This document shows positions 9,233-18,087 of a stretch of 52,118 nt of DNA, piece by piece. Position numbers and translations under genes: made by a program. The stretch lies in the IMG/VR virus record IMGVR_UViG_3300043672_000030, positions 1 through 52,118 of that record; one strand, written 5' to 3'. Under the pieces are notes generated by a model. It searched no databases and had not been told where the DNA came from. It saw nothing but the letters and a program-made list of their open reading frames with translations. How positions within the stretch are numbered: position 1 is the first letter of the stretch; each line of letters starts with the position of its first letter. The DNA comes from a virus.

Positions 9233-11145
9233 GTCTCGTCCTGAACGGTGGCATAGCCACGTCTTTCAACACCGCAGCCACCCCGAACCTCTTGACCTGT
9301 ACCGACGCGGACGCGGTCGACATCCCCTTGGGATCCCTGGTGGTCCTGACGAACAGCGGTGGAACGTACAAGCAGCTCAAAGCTTTCACCGTCACCGACA
9401 AGGTTTCAGGGTTCGGATTCACGAATATCAGCTATGCCCCGGACTCAGCAGCCGTTGTTATCGCTGGTGACCTGATGAAAGGTGTGGCGGACGACTACGC
9501 CGTGCTGACGCGGCCGACGCCGCTGGCGGTGCGGTTGGTGACGTCCCGCACTGATGTCCACGTGGAGCACCAGGTCCGCGATATCGGTTTCCGGACCACG
9601 ATTCCTGGCGGGTATGCGTCGGCCACGTTCACCCTGGACCGGCCCCTGTCGATCGCCCCTGACGAGATCGCCTTGTTCGGCAAGGTTTTCGTGTACGACA
9701 CCCGGCACGGTGGGACGGTTTGGGAGGGGTTGCTGGAGGATCCGGGCCGGGGTGCGTCGGCGTCCGGGGAGATCTGGGATCTTACGGCTATCGGTCCCTC
9801 CACCCACGTCAGCGACCGGTTCGCCCCGTACATTCTCGTGGATCGGTCCCTGGAAAGGTGGCACAGGTCAAGGTATTCAACCGGGCAGGGCAAGACGTCT
9901 ATCGGTGAGTTGAACGACGGTTCAACCGGTTTCGACGAAACCCCCGCCATCATGTTGTATGCCGAACAGGGGTCAGCAATCACGACGTCCTGGGCGGCGG
10001 ACATGATCTACCGGTCAATCTTCTATTGCGGTCAGCTCATCGCCCGTATCCGCGCGGACGTCCTCGGAGAAGGCACATCAGCCAACTACAAGACGGGTAT
10101 CTGGGGTCGCGCCGGTAACGGCACCGCCCTGTACTCACAGCTCAACTCCTGGTCGACGTCACCGCAGGTGCTGGCCGCGAACCTGGGTTCGTCTGGGTGG
10201 AACAACACCATCAGCGTCGTCTCGTTCCGCTCCCAAAGAGACGTAAGTAGCACCACCGCTGATGAATTCACGAACAACTACTTTTACAACGTGTGTGTGC
10301 GGGCGGTGGTGAAGAACGCCGACGGCACCGACAACCTGTCGACGTCCGGGTACAACGTGAATAACGTTGACCCGGTGGAGGTTGTGGCGGATCTGCTGGG
10401 CCGGTTCCTGCCCCGGTACGACGGCGCAAACGCGATCCTCATCGGCTCCGGCGTCGACATCGACCAGTTGGCGTACCCCGACGGGGTCACCCCGGGTGAG
10501 GTTCTCGCGGACCTGGCGGTGTGGGACCCGGCGTTCTACTGGGCGGCGTGGGAGTCGAACGCGGCCGGGAAATACCGGTTCGAGTACATTCCGTGGCCCA
10601 CGTCGATCCGGTACGAAGCCACTACCGTTGACGGGTTCAGTTCCCCGGGGTCAGCGGTGGACCTGTACAACCGGGTCCACGTCCGCTGGCGGGACGAAAC
10701 CGGGCGGATCCGCAACACCATCCGCACCCAAACCGTCACCGAACTCAGCAACGCCGGGATCACCCGCCAGTTCTGGATCGACCTGTCCGACGAAACCGGC
10801 AGCGCCGTCAACGCACAGGTCGTGGGGGACAACTTCCTCCTCGAACACAAGTACCCGCCGAACGCGGGCACCCTCACCGTCAGCCGTCCGATCCTCGACA
10901 ACCTGACGGGGCGGATGGTGATGCCGTGGGAGATCCTTCCGGGGCATCTGATCCGGGTGGGGGGGGTGGTGCCTCGGGTGGACTCGCTGAACCCGACAAC
11001 CCGGGACGGGGTGACGATCTTCAAGCTGGTGTCGATGGAGTACTCATCTTCCAGCGCGAGTGCGACTCTGGAGTTGGACAGTTACAGCCGGACCGTGGCC
11101 CGTCAGCTTGCCAGCCTCAAGGCCAAACGGCTCCGGAAGCGCTAG
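9229..11145 (+). CDS. Minor tail protein (tail-tip position)
   Basis: 638 aa, ATGA overlap, third gene after the tape measure. Confidence 0.6.
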   Translation: MSLVLNGGIATSFNTAATPNLLTCTDADAVDIPLGSLVVLTNSGGTYKQLKAFTVTDKVSGFGFTNISYAPDSAAVVIAGDLMKGVADDYAVLTRPTPLAVRLVTSRTDVHVEHQVRDIGFRTTIPGGYASATFTLDRPLSIAPDEIALFGKVFVYDTRHGGTVWEGLLEDPGRGASASGEIWDLTAIGPSTHVSDRFAPYILVDRSLERWHRSRYSTGQGKTSIGELNDGSTGFDETPAIMLYAEQGSAITTSWAADMIYRSIFYCGQLIARIRADVLGEGTSANYKTGIWGRAGNGTALYSQLNSWSTSPQVLAANLGSSGWNNTISVVSFRSQRDVSSTTADEFTNNYFYNVCVRAVVKNADGTDNLSTSGYNVNNVDPVEVVADLLGRFLPRYDGANAILIGSGVDIDQLAYPDGVTPGEVLADLAVWDPAFYWAAWESNAAGKYRFEYIPWPTSIRYEATTVDGFSSPGSAVDLYNRVHVRWRDETGRIRNTIRTQTVTELSNAGITRQFWIDLSDETGSAVNAQVVGDNFLLEHKYPPNAGTLTVSRPILDNLTGRMVMPWEILPGHLIRVGGVVPRVDSLNPTTRDGVTIFKLVSMEYSSSSASATLELDSYSRTVARQLASLKAKRLRKR

Positions 11146-11160
11146 ACCAGGGAGGAAACA

Positions 11161-12015
11161 ATGGCTCGGTGGATGGGTGCGCAGTGGAAACCGTTGGGTC
11201 CGCAGACCCAACCACGGCTGTTCCACCATGATCTGGTGATCATCCACACCATGGTGGGGAGCCTGTCGTCGACGAACGCCATGTTCCGTGCTCACGGGTA
11301 CGGGGGTACGGACCCCCCTGTCGGGGTGGGGGGTAAGCGGGGCCCGGACGCGGACTCGGGGTTGGACGGGGTCGCGTACCAGTGGCAGGACACCGACTTT
11401 ACGGCGGACGCGAACCTGGACGCGAACCGGCGGGCGATCAGCATTGAGACCGCCGACAACGCCCCCCGGTCAGCGGATGATCTTCAGCCGTGGACGGACA
11501 AACAGGTCGAGACCATCTCCCAGATCACCGCGTGGGCATGTGAGCGGTACAGCATCCCGACGGTGTTGGTGGAGGATTCACGATCCGACCGGCGGGGTAT
11601 CGCCTACCACCGCCAAGGCATCGACCCGTGGCGGGAGGATGGGACGGAGCATTGGTCGACGTCCCGGGGGAAGGAATGCCCCGGCCAAGCCCGCATCCAA
11701 CAGATCAGCACCCAGATCATCCCCCGAGTCCGGTCGATCCTTGCGGACCGGGCCCCCACGGAACAGGAGCCGGACATGGACAACCTTGATCGATCGGGCA
11801 ACCACAAACTCACCGAAGCGGACGCGGCGGCGATGGGGGACCCAACCCGGGAGGGGGATGAGGTGTCGTGGTCGTCGTTGCTGCGGTTCCCCCCGGCGGT
11901 GGCTCGGGTGCGCCGTGAACAAGCCAACCGGCATGAGGAGTTGATGGGGAAGTTGGACGAGCTGATCGAAGCGGTTCAGGGACTCCGCCCGCCGGGGGGG
12001 TCTGACCTGCGGTAA
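11161..12015 (+). CDS. Endolysin, N-acetylmuramoyl-L-alanine amidase (PGRP/Amidase_2-like)
   Basis: 284 aa, GGGAGGAAA SD. Motifs seen: IIHTMVG, AISIETADN, IAYHRQG, GKECPG. Confidence 0.75.
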   Translation: MARWMGAQWKPLGPQTQPRLFHHDLVIIHTMVGSLSSTNAMFRAHGYGGTDPPVGVGGKRGPDADSGLDGVAYQWQDTDFTADANLDANRRAISIETADNAPRSADDLQPWTDKQVETISQITAWACERYSIPTVLVEDSRSDRRGIAYHRQGIDPWREDGTEHWSTSRGKECPGQARIQQISTQIIPRVRSILADRAPTEQEPDMDNLDRSGNHKLTEADAAAMGDPTREGDEVSWSSLLRFPPAVARVRREQANRHEELMGKLDELIEAVQGLRPPGGSDLR

Positions 12016-12079
12016 CAATGGTGTTCGGCCCCCAACGGCGCCCCTCCGGGTTGCTGTTGGTGATGGATGAGGGGGGCGA

Positions 12080-12412
12080 ATGCCGACGATCGACGCGGAA
12101 CTGTTGAAAGCGTTATCGCCGATGGCGGTACTCCTCCTCATTGACCTTCTGATCATCTGGGGGTTCATTTCCGGTCGGATCCGTACCGCCCTGTCGATCC
12201 GGGAGGTACGGGAAGACAGAGATGCCAGACTGGCCGACAAGGATAGGCAGATCGCCGAATGGCGTGAGGCGCACCGTGGGTCGGAAGATGCCCGTGAAGT
12301 CCAAGCAACAGCCCTCCGGGAGTCCCTCGACACGACTCGGGCCACCGTTGAGCTGATGCGAGCGTGGCGCTCAGCGGCCCAAATGTCGAGAGACGAGAGC
12401 GGGTCGACATGA
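12080..12412 (+). CDS. Membrane-anchored coiled-coil protein (lysis cassette)
   Basis: 110 aa with one N-terminal TM (MAVLLLIDLLIIWGFI) followed by a charged helical region. Confidence 0.55.
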   Translation: MPTIDAELLKALSPMAVLLLIDLLIIWGFISGRIRTALSIREVREDRDARLADKDRQIAEWREAHRGSEDAREVQATALRESLDTTRATVELMRAWRSAAQMSRDESGST

Positions 12413-12633
12413 GGTGGTGGTGGATCCTGAGGCGTAGCAGCACGACCGAGGGTGACCGGCGCGATGACACCACGGACGACGCGCGGGCGGCGATCCGGCG
12501 GGCCCGCCGGTCCCAGGTGGAGGCGGTGGGGGCGTTGACGGAAATGCGGATCCTGAATGGGGAACTCCGCCATGAAATCGGGATCAACCACCTAGCCCAA
12601 GACATTCACGATGTGATGCGGAGGAAACGATGA
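12409..12633 (+). CDS. Hypothetical small basic protein
   Basis: ATGA overlap at 12409. 74 aa. Confidence 0.4.
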   Translation: MRWWWILRRSSTTEGDRRDDTTDDARAAIRRARRSQVEAVGALTEMRILNGELRHEIGINHLAQDIHDVMRRKR

Positions 12634-12989
12634 CGGGTATCACCCATACCCTGCTGACGGCGTCGTTCGTTGTGGGTGCGGTGGTGGGGAATCTGCTGTT
12701 CTTCCAGTACCTGATCCGGTCGGCTTGGCGGGCGACGGTTACGGGGAAGGTGCTGCTGTCGTTGTTCTTCGTATTCGCGCTCGGGTACAACCTGACGGTG
12801 GTGGTGTTGCTGTGGCCGGACGTTTTCGGTGGTGATGGGTTGGTGGCGTGGCTACGGATCGGGTTGCGGTTCCTTATCGACGCCGTCCTTATCGCGATGT
12901 ACGTTCTTCTCGTCCGGGCCCAGCGACGGGACCGGGAGTTCACCCCGCCGGAGGGACTCCGGCAACCGTCAACAGATGAGGCACGATGA
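12630..12989 (+). CDS. Polytopic membrane protein (holin-like candidate)
   Basis: 119 aa with about 4 hydrophobic segments. ATGA overlap. Confidence 0.55.
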   Translation: MTGITHTLLTASFVVGAVVGNLLFFQYLIRSAWRATVTGKVLLSLFFVFALGYNLTVVVLLWPDVFGGDGLVAWLRIGLRFLIDAVLIAMYVLLVRAQRRDREFTPPEGLRQPSTDEAR

Positions 12990-13690
12990 GAACACGAACC
13001 AGGGTAGTCGCGGTGTTCGCCGCGCTCGCGCTTGTGTCGGGGTTGGCGGCGTGGTCAGCGCCGACGATCCTCGCGGACAAGGCCGATGACAGCATCAGCG
13101 TTCCTGCCCACTCCACCGTTTTCGTCGGATCCGACGGAACACCCACTGTAGTTGACCGGTTGCAGAACGTGGCGGTGTACGGGACGACGCGGACCCAGAT
13201 CTGCGAAATCGTGAAGTCCTGGAACGACTTCAACGGCACCCACCGCACCATGTCCGGCAACGTCGTCGTCCGGGTCGCGTGGATGCATGACCAACGGTCG
13301 TCCGGGTCCGATGACGACGTCGACTGGATTGACTGGGGGTACAACTGGCCCGGGACCGGCGCCGGTCAAGGCACCGGCCTGTCGTTCGAGAACAACACCA
13401 ACTACGTCCTGCGAATCGACAAGATCGATTACCGGAACATTGCGTCCGGGGAGATCGCGGCGGCCTGGTCGCCCATCGGCGACAACACCGGAATAGCCAA
13501 CGGCGAACGAGTGCACGTGTGGGGGGAAGGTTCCATCAACAACATCAATACGTGGGAGCAGTGGCACGCTCATTCGTATTGGCATAACGCCCCCCGAGTT
13601 CGCATGTTCTTCTCTTCCGCGAACTGGGACTTCAATTATGAGTCACAGTCCGTGTGTTCGGCGTACGTTCCCGGTCAGCCCAGCGCGTAA
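12986..13690 (+). CDS. Secreted protein of unknown function
   Basis: 234 aa. The signal-peptide-like N-terminus is MRTRTRVVAVFAALALVSGLAAWSAPTILA. The protein is rich in Trp, Asn and His. Confidence 0.6.
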   Translation: MRTRTRVVAVFAALALVSGLAAWSAPTILADKADDSISVPAHSTVFVGSDGTPTVVDRLQNVAVYGTTRTQICEIVKSWNDFNGTHRTMSGNVVVRVAWMHDQRSSGSDDDVDWIDWGYNWPGTGAGQGTGLSFENNTNYVLRIDKIDYRNIASGEIAAAWSPIGDNTGIANGERVHVWGEGSINNINTWEQWHAHSYWHNAPRVRMFFSSANWDFNYESQSVCSAYVPGQPSA

Positions 13691-13711
13691 CCCCTTTCAG
13701 GAGGTACCGCA

Positions 13712-14038
13712 ATGTTCACTGCCCAGTTCTGGATGAGTGCGGGTGAGCGGTCCGTGAAGACGGCCGCGCAGGTCCTCATCGTGTTCCTCGGCGCCGACCT
13801 AACTGATGTGTTCGGTGTGGACTGGCGGCGGGCGGCCGGGATCGCGGTAGGGGCGGCCCTGGTGTCGGTTCTGACGTCGCTCGCGTCGTCTCAGGTGGGC
13901 GAGTCCAAGGGCACCCCGTCTCTCGTCGGAGAAGGTGACCGGGGGGCTGGGGAGGTGACGTTGGTGTTGATCGCGGCGGCCGTGTGCATCGTCGTGATCA
14001 CCCTCGCGGTACTGCTGGGGGTGCTTCAGGGAGGGTAG
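13712..14038 (+). CDS. Holin (r1t/LL-H-like)
   Basis: 108 aa. The N-terminal motif W..AGERSVKTAAQVLI and two TM segments are typical of this holin family. AGGAGG SD. Confidence 0.65.
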   Translation: MFTAQFWMSAGERSVKTAAQVLIVFLGADLTDVFGVDWRRAAGIAVGAALVSVLTSLASSQVGESKGTPSLVGEGDRGAGEVTLVLIAAAVCIVVITLAVLLGVLQGG

Positions 14039-14077
14039 GCTAGGGGTTCTCCTTCGGGGAGATTCCGGCCCCTCATT

Positions 14078-14097
14078 CTCGGTTCTTCGGAACCGGG
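14078..14097 (+). terminator. Stem-loop with UUCG loop after the holin gene
   Basis: ctcggttc-ttcg-gaaccggg, nested inside an outer ggcccc/ggggcc pairing. No U tract. Confidence 0.4.
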
Positions 14098-14165
14098 GGT
14101 GGGGGGCCGTCCGCGTTGCGTTGACCTGCTATTTTGTCGTTTCCGGTACCGGGGAACACTCTTAG

Positions 14166-14195
14166 TAGACACCTTGTGTATATACGATATAAGGT
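14166..14195 (+). promoter_or_regulatory. Promoter A: TAGACA-N18-TAAGGT, leaderless for 14202
   Basis: Shares AGTAGACA and the spacing with sites at 27628 and 29593. The -10 element ends 6 nt before ATG 14202. The local region is AT-rich. Confidence 0.5.
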
Positions 14196-14201
14196 CCGGG
14201 C

Positions 14202-14468
14202 ATGATACGACCCCGGCCCCCCGGCAACCCCCCGTCCTCCCCGAACCTTCGCGCCGAACTCCTCCGCGCCGGAGTCAGCCAAGCCGACGTCGCCCGGATC
14301 CTGCGCACCACCCAACCCAACGTCAGCCAGAAAATGCGGACCGGCAACTGGCGGCCCGGTGATCTCGCCGCGATCGCCGCCTACCTCCAACTCCCCCTCC
14401 ACAAGATCCAAGACGACCCGGTGCCCCCTGGTCGGGTTCCCGGCCGGTACCCGGTCCGGCTGTCATGA
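14202..14468 (+). CDS. Cro/XRE-like helix-turn-helix protein
   Basis: 88 aa. The HTH is GVSQADVARILRTTQPNVSQKM. There is no SD, and the ATG lies directly downstream of the -10. Confidence 0.65.
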   Translation: MIRPRPPGNPPSSPNLRAELLRAGVSQADVARILRTTQPNVSQKMRTGNWRPGDLAAIAAYLQLPLHKIQDDPVPPGRVPGRYPVRLS

Positions 14469-14629
14469 AAACCTGTCCTCTCCCCTCGACCGCCGACGTT
14501 CCCGGCAATCACCTGTGGCGTTGCCCAGATCCCGGGTGCGGGTGGGTGTACCGCCTCAACCCCATCGTCCACCGCTGGTACCGGTACATCCCGTACGTCT
14601 CGGACCGGGATGTGACCCTCAACCGATGA
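14465..14629 (+). CDS. Small Cys-containing protein (54 aa)
   Basis: ATGA overlaps at both ends. Below the track size cutoff. Confidence 0.35.
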   Translation: MKTCPLPSTADVPGNHLWRCPDPGCGWVYRLNPIVHRWYRYIPYVSDRDVTLNR

Positions 14630-14649
14630 CCCTCCCCGAAGAGGAACCC

Positions 14650-14964
14650 ATGCACACCGACCTGTACGACCAGACCGACTGGGACGACGAAAGAGAGAAA
14701 GCCCGACAGGCCGCCGTCGACCACTACTTCCACCAGCCCCGCCGCGAACGTCACGCCCGCCGGGACAACTCCCGCAGCGTCCGACGTCTCTCGGCGATCC
14801 TCGCGGTGATCCTTTTACCCGCGTCGTACTTCGCTTACGCGGGTGCTTTCGGCGCCGAAAACCTGTGGTACCTGACGAAAGTCGGTGAACTTCTCGTAGC
14901 GACGTGGGCGGCCGTCAGCGGCTGGCTACTGGCGTTGACGGTGTGGAGGGGTCGGGACCGATGA
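14650..14964 (+). CDS. Membrane protein
   Basis: ATG follows CCCCGAAGAGGA. 104 aa with two C-terminal TM segments. Confidence 0.55.
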   Translation: MHTDLYDQTDWDDEREKARQAAVDHYFHQPRRERHARRDNSRSVRRLSAILAVILLPASYFAYAGAFGAENLWYLTKVGELLVATWAAVSGWLLALTVWRGRDR

Positions 14965-15365
14965 GTACCGCGTTCGACAGTCCTGACCCAGGGCCCCCCT
15001 GTTTCGCACCGATCGACGGGCACCCCAACCTGATCTCCGACACCCCCATGATCGCGGCGATGCTCATGGAACAGGACGGGCCGTGGCGGGACATCGCCGG
15101 GTTCCTGCTGCCCCGCGTCGACGTCCGGTTACGCGCCGAAACCGGGTCGATGCCGGTCGTCAACGCGGTCGGCCCGTCGGCGGTCATTGACCCCCCGACA
15201 CCACCGTGGGTGGCGATGCGCCGGGATTTCCTCGCCGCCCAAAAACGGCAACCCGGCACCACATTGGATCCGTGGCGGTCCGAACCCAGCCCAGCCCTGG
15301 CGCATACGAATGATTCCGGGGGGCTGCGGTTACCCGGCATGGCCCAAGGGGGCACCGATGAATGA
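14961..15365 (+). CDS. Hypothetical protein
   Basis: ATGA overlap. 134 aa. Confidence 0.5.
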   Translation: MSTAFDSPDPGPPCFAPIDGHPNLISDTPMIAAMLMEQDGPWRDIAGFLLPRVDVRLRAETGSMPVVNAVGPSAVIDPPTPPWVAMRRDFLAAQKRQPGTTLDPWRSEPSPALAHTNDSGGLRLPGMAQGGTDE

Positions 15366-15612
15366 GGACGACTACTGGGTTAATCCGCGCGGTGAAGGTT
15401 TCGTGGATCTGCCGGACGTATACGCGGCGATCGACGCGAAGACCCGTGATGGGATGTTCCCGACCTGCCGGACGGAACTCAAGGACGCCCCTTTCGGGTA
15501 CCGGTGTACCCGAGCGTATGAGCACACCGGCCGACACATCGCCCAAGGCCGCATCGGTGTCCTGTGCGCGTGGCCGGGGCGGCAGGCACCGTCGATGGCG
15601 GACGTCACGTGA
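15358..15612 (+). CDS. Hypothetical protein
   Basis: 84 aa, overlapping stop-start with its neighbours. Confidence 0.5.
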   Translation: MNEDDYWVNPRGEGFVDLPDVYAAIDAKTRDGMFPTCRTELKDAPFGYRCTRAYEHTGRHIAQGRIGVLCAWPGRQAPSMADVT

Positions 15613-15917
15613 GTACGTTCGTTCCGGCGCCCCCACCCGTCACGGTCGCCTACGGAACATCCCCCGAAATCCATTACGACTGGCGCCATTACGCGGCGTG
15701 CCTGCGATCGGATCCGGAACTGTTCTTCCCCCACCCCGGACAGGAAGACATCTCGGATGCGCTCGCCGTGTGCGAACGGTGTCCGGTGGACGCGGCGTGC
15801 CTGGCTCATGCCCTGAAACACCGCATCAACGATGGGGTGTGGGGTGGGAAAACCGAAGCGGAACGCCAAGGCATCATCCGACGCGCATCCCGAGCGAAAG
15901 GACGACACACCGCATGA
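15609..15917 (+). CDS. whiB: WhiB-family transcription factor
   Basis: Four Cys residues (C..C-x2-C-x5-C) and a GVWGG turn followed by a basic tail. Confidence 0.8.
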   Translation: MSTFVPAPPPVTVAYGTSPEIHYDWRHYAACLRSDPELFFPHPGQEDISDALAVCERCPVDAACLAHALKHRINDGVWGGKTEAERQGIIRRASRAKGRHTA

Positions 15918-16888
15918 CCGTTTTACGGGCGGAACTGTTGGGTTCCCCGAAACCCAACACCCCAGACTGGTACGCGCTCCGCCGGGCCGGGATCACCGCC
16001 ACCGACCTACCGCAGATCCTCGGCCTGTCCGCGTACGGCAACGCCCTCACCGTGTGGCACGACAAACAGGGTGACCTACCGCCCGGAGAACCCTCCGAAG
16101 CGGGATTGTGGGGGCATCTGCTGGAGGACCCGGTAGCTCAGGAATGGGCCCGCCGCACCGGTAACACCGTGTCTCAGGTGGGGGTACTCGCCCACCAGCA
16201 TGAGCCGTGGATGCGGGCTTCCTGTGACCGGCTGATCGACGGGACGAACGCCGCGTTGGAGGTGAAAACCCGGTCCGCGTACAAGGCTGGGTTGTGGCGG
16301 GATGACATCCCGGATGACGTCCTTGCCCAGGTCGCCTGGCAACGGGTGGTCGGTCAGTTCGATTACGTCGACGTCGCCTGTCTCATCGGCGGTCAATCCC
16401 TCACCACCTACCGGTACGAAAAGGACACCGAACTAGAGGATTACCTTCGTGAAGCCGCTGTGACCGTGTGGCACGCGGTCACCACGAAAATCCCTCCGCC
16501 GGTGGACATGGACGCGGTCCTGTTGAAACTCCTCGACCGGCTGTACCCCGACCGGTCCGGTATCCGCACCATACCCCCGGACCAGGGGTTCGCCCTGGTC
16601 AACGCCTACCAGACCGCCTGCACAGAGGTGAAATTCGCTGAAGAACGCAAAGATGCCGCGAAAGCCGCCGCCGTCCTCGCGCTCGGAGACGCCGACGTAT
16701 TGCAGATCGACGGGTGGGACGACGAAGGCCCAGTGTTCACCTACCGGCAGCAGGAAAAAAACTCGGTCAGCGTCCGCGATCTCGAAGCGAACGACCCGGA
16801 ACTGTACCTGAAAGTCCTTGAAGGCGGCCACATTAACACCACAACCAGCCGGGTCCTGCGAACCGGCAAAGGAGCCACACATGTCTGA
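15914..16888 (+). CDS. YqaJ/lambda-Exo-like recombination exonuclease
   Basis: 324 aa. Motifs seen: ITATDLPQILGLSAYGNALTVWHDK and ALEVKT. It lies immediately upstream of RecT. Confidence 0.7.
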   Translation: MTVLRAELLGSPKPNTPDWYALRRAGITATDLPQILGLSAYGNALTVWHDKQGDLPPGEPSEAGLWGHLLEDPVAQEWARRTGNTVSQVGVLAHQHEPWMRASCDRLIDGTNAALEVKTRSAYKAGLWRDDIPDDVLAQVAWQRVVGQFDYVDVACLIGGQSLTTYRYEKDTELEDYLREAAVTVWHAVTTKIPPPVDMDAVLLKLLDRLYPDRSGIRTIPPDQGFALVNAYQTACTEVKFAEERKDAAKAAAVLALGDADVLQIDGWDDEGPVFTYRQQEKNSVSVRDLEANDPELYLKVLEGGHINTTTSRVLRTGKGATHV

Positions 16889-17798
16889 CCTTCGTAACAC
16901 GGCCCGGGGTCGCGCGTCAGCGGGTAAGGATGTCGCCAAACGGGGTTCTGAGGTGGAGTTGAAGGACAAGCTGCGGAAGATGGAAGCGCAGTTTCAGTTG
17001 GCGATGCCGAAGGGGATGGAAGCGAAACAGTTGATCCGGGACTTCATGACGGTGTTGTCGACGACGCCGAAACTGTATGAGTGTGACCCGACGTCGATCC
17101 TTGGGGCGTTGATGACGTGTTCGCAGTTGGGGTTGCGGCCGGGGGTTCTCGGGCAGGCGTGGGTGTTGCCGTTCGCCGGTAAAGGGCAACTGATCATCGG
17201 GTACAAGGGGTACGCGGCGCTAGCGCAGCGGACAGCAGCGATCGCGGACATCAGCGCCCGGATCGTCCGTGAAAACGATTACCTGGACTACGAATTCGGG
17301 TTGGATGAGCGGTTGGTACACCGGCCTGCCATGGACCGGCCCCGGGGCGAAGCGACCGCTTTCTACAGTGTGGCCCGTACCAGCACGGGTGGGCGGTACT
17401 GGGAACTCATGTCGAAGATCGAAGTCGAAGATCACCGGGACCGGTTCGCGATGGCCCGGAAGTTCGGGACGATCGGGAAGTCCGGACCGTACAAGAAAGG
17501 CATCGTGATTGGGCCGTGGGTTGACGATTTCAACGCGATGGCGAAGAAAACCCTAGTCATCAAAACGTTGAACCTGGCTCCGGCGTCCACCGAACTCCAG
17601 AAAGCGTTCGACGTTGACGGGTCCACCCGCTTCGACCTGTCACCCACCGCTGACGTGGGGGAGGTATCGGTGATCGAGGACGACGGGCGGGACGCCGACG
17701 AGGGGGTTATTGACCCCCCCGACGGCCCACCCCGGGACCCGGCGGAACCCTCCGATGAGGAATGGGCGCGGATCCAGGCGGGTGAGACGAATGGCTGA
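16881..17798 (+). CDS. recT: RecT-family single-strand annealing protein
   Basis: 305 aa, GGAG SD. Motifs seen: SILGALMTCSQLGLRPG and IIGYKGY. Confidence 0.75.
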   Translation: MSDLRNTARGRASAGKDVAKRGSEVELKDKLRKMEAQFQLAMPKGMEAKQLIRDFMTVLSTTPKLYECDPTSILGALMTCSQLGLRPGVLGQAWVLPFAGKGQLIIGYKGYAALAQRTAAIADISARIVRENDYLDYEFGLDERLVHRPAMDRPRGEATAFYSVARTSTGGRYWELMSKIEVEDHRDRFAMARKFGTIGKSGPYKKGIVIGPWVDDFNAMAKKTLVIKTLNLAPASTELQKAFDVDGSTRFDLSPTADVGEVSVIEDDGRDADEGVIDPPDGPPRDPAEPSDEEWARIQAGETNG

Positions 17799-18087
17799 AC
17801 TCCTCACCATTGACGGGCCGAGAGAAGCCACCATCAACCTGTACTGCTGGGCGTGCCAGAAACTCCACCCGATTGACGTGGCTGATGTGGAGCGGCTGAT
17901 CTACGCGTTGTCGGCCGGGGAAGTTGAAGCGTATGACGCCGGGTACGCGAACGGCACCCACGGCGTCACCATCGACGAAACCTTCACCGAGATTTCCTGC
18001 CTGTTCGTTCCCCTCCAAAGATCCATCAGTAGTACTGGTTTCCTCGAACACGTGGAAGCCCGGATCGCCGTAAGGATGGGCTCATGA
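17791..18087 (+). CDS. Hypothetical protein
   Basis: 98 aa, overlapping the RecT stop. Confidence 0.5.
   Translation: MAELLTIDGPREATINLYCWACQKLHPIDVADVERLIYALSAGEVEAYDAGYANGTHGVTIDETFTEISCLFVPLQRSISSTGFLEHVEARIAVRMGS

Noticed and set aside
14044-14061. A reverse-strand copy of the CCCCGAAGGAG ribosome-binding motif, suggesting a minus-strand gene after the holin.
   Set aside because: No ATG, GTG or TTG start follows within 15 nt on the minus strand, and the minus ORF 14073..14411 lies upstream of this motif on that strand, not downstream of it. The motif is more likely part of the terminator-like structure.
15362-15913. Long N-terminal extensions of track ORFs, such as 15362..16888, 23604..24848, 36571..37641, 24392..25198 and 46253..47665.
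   Set aside because: The upstream parts overlap well-supported genes in other frames and translate to Arg/Pro-rich junk. Internal starts with SD sequences or ATGA coupling give proteins that begin where the recognisable domains begin.
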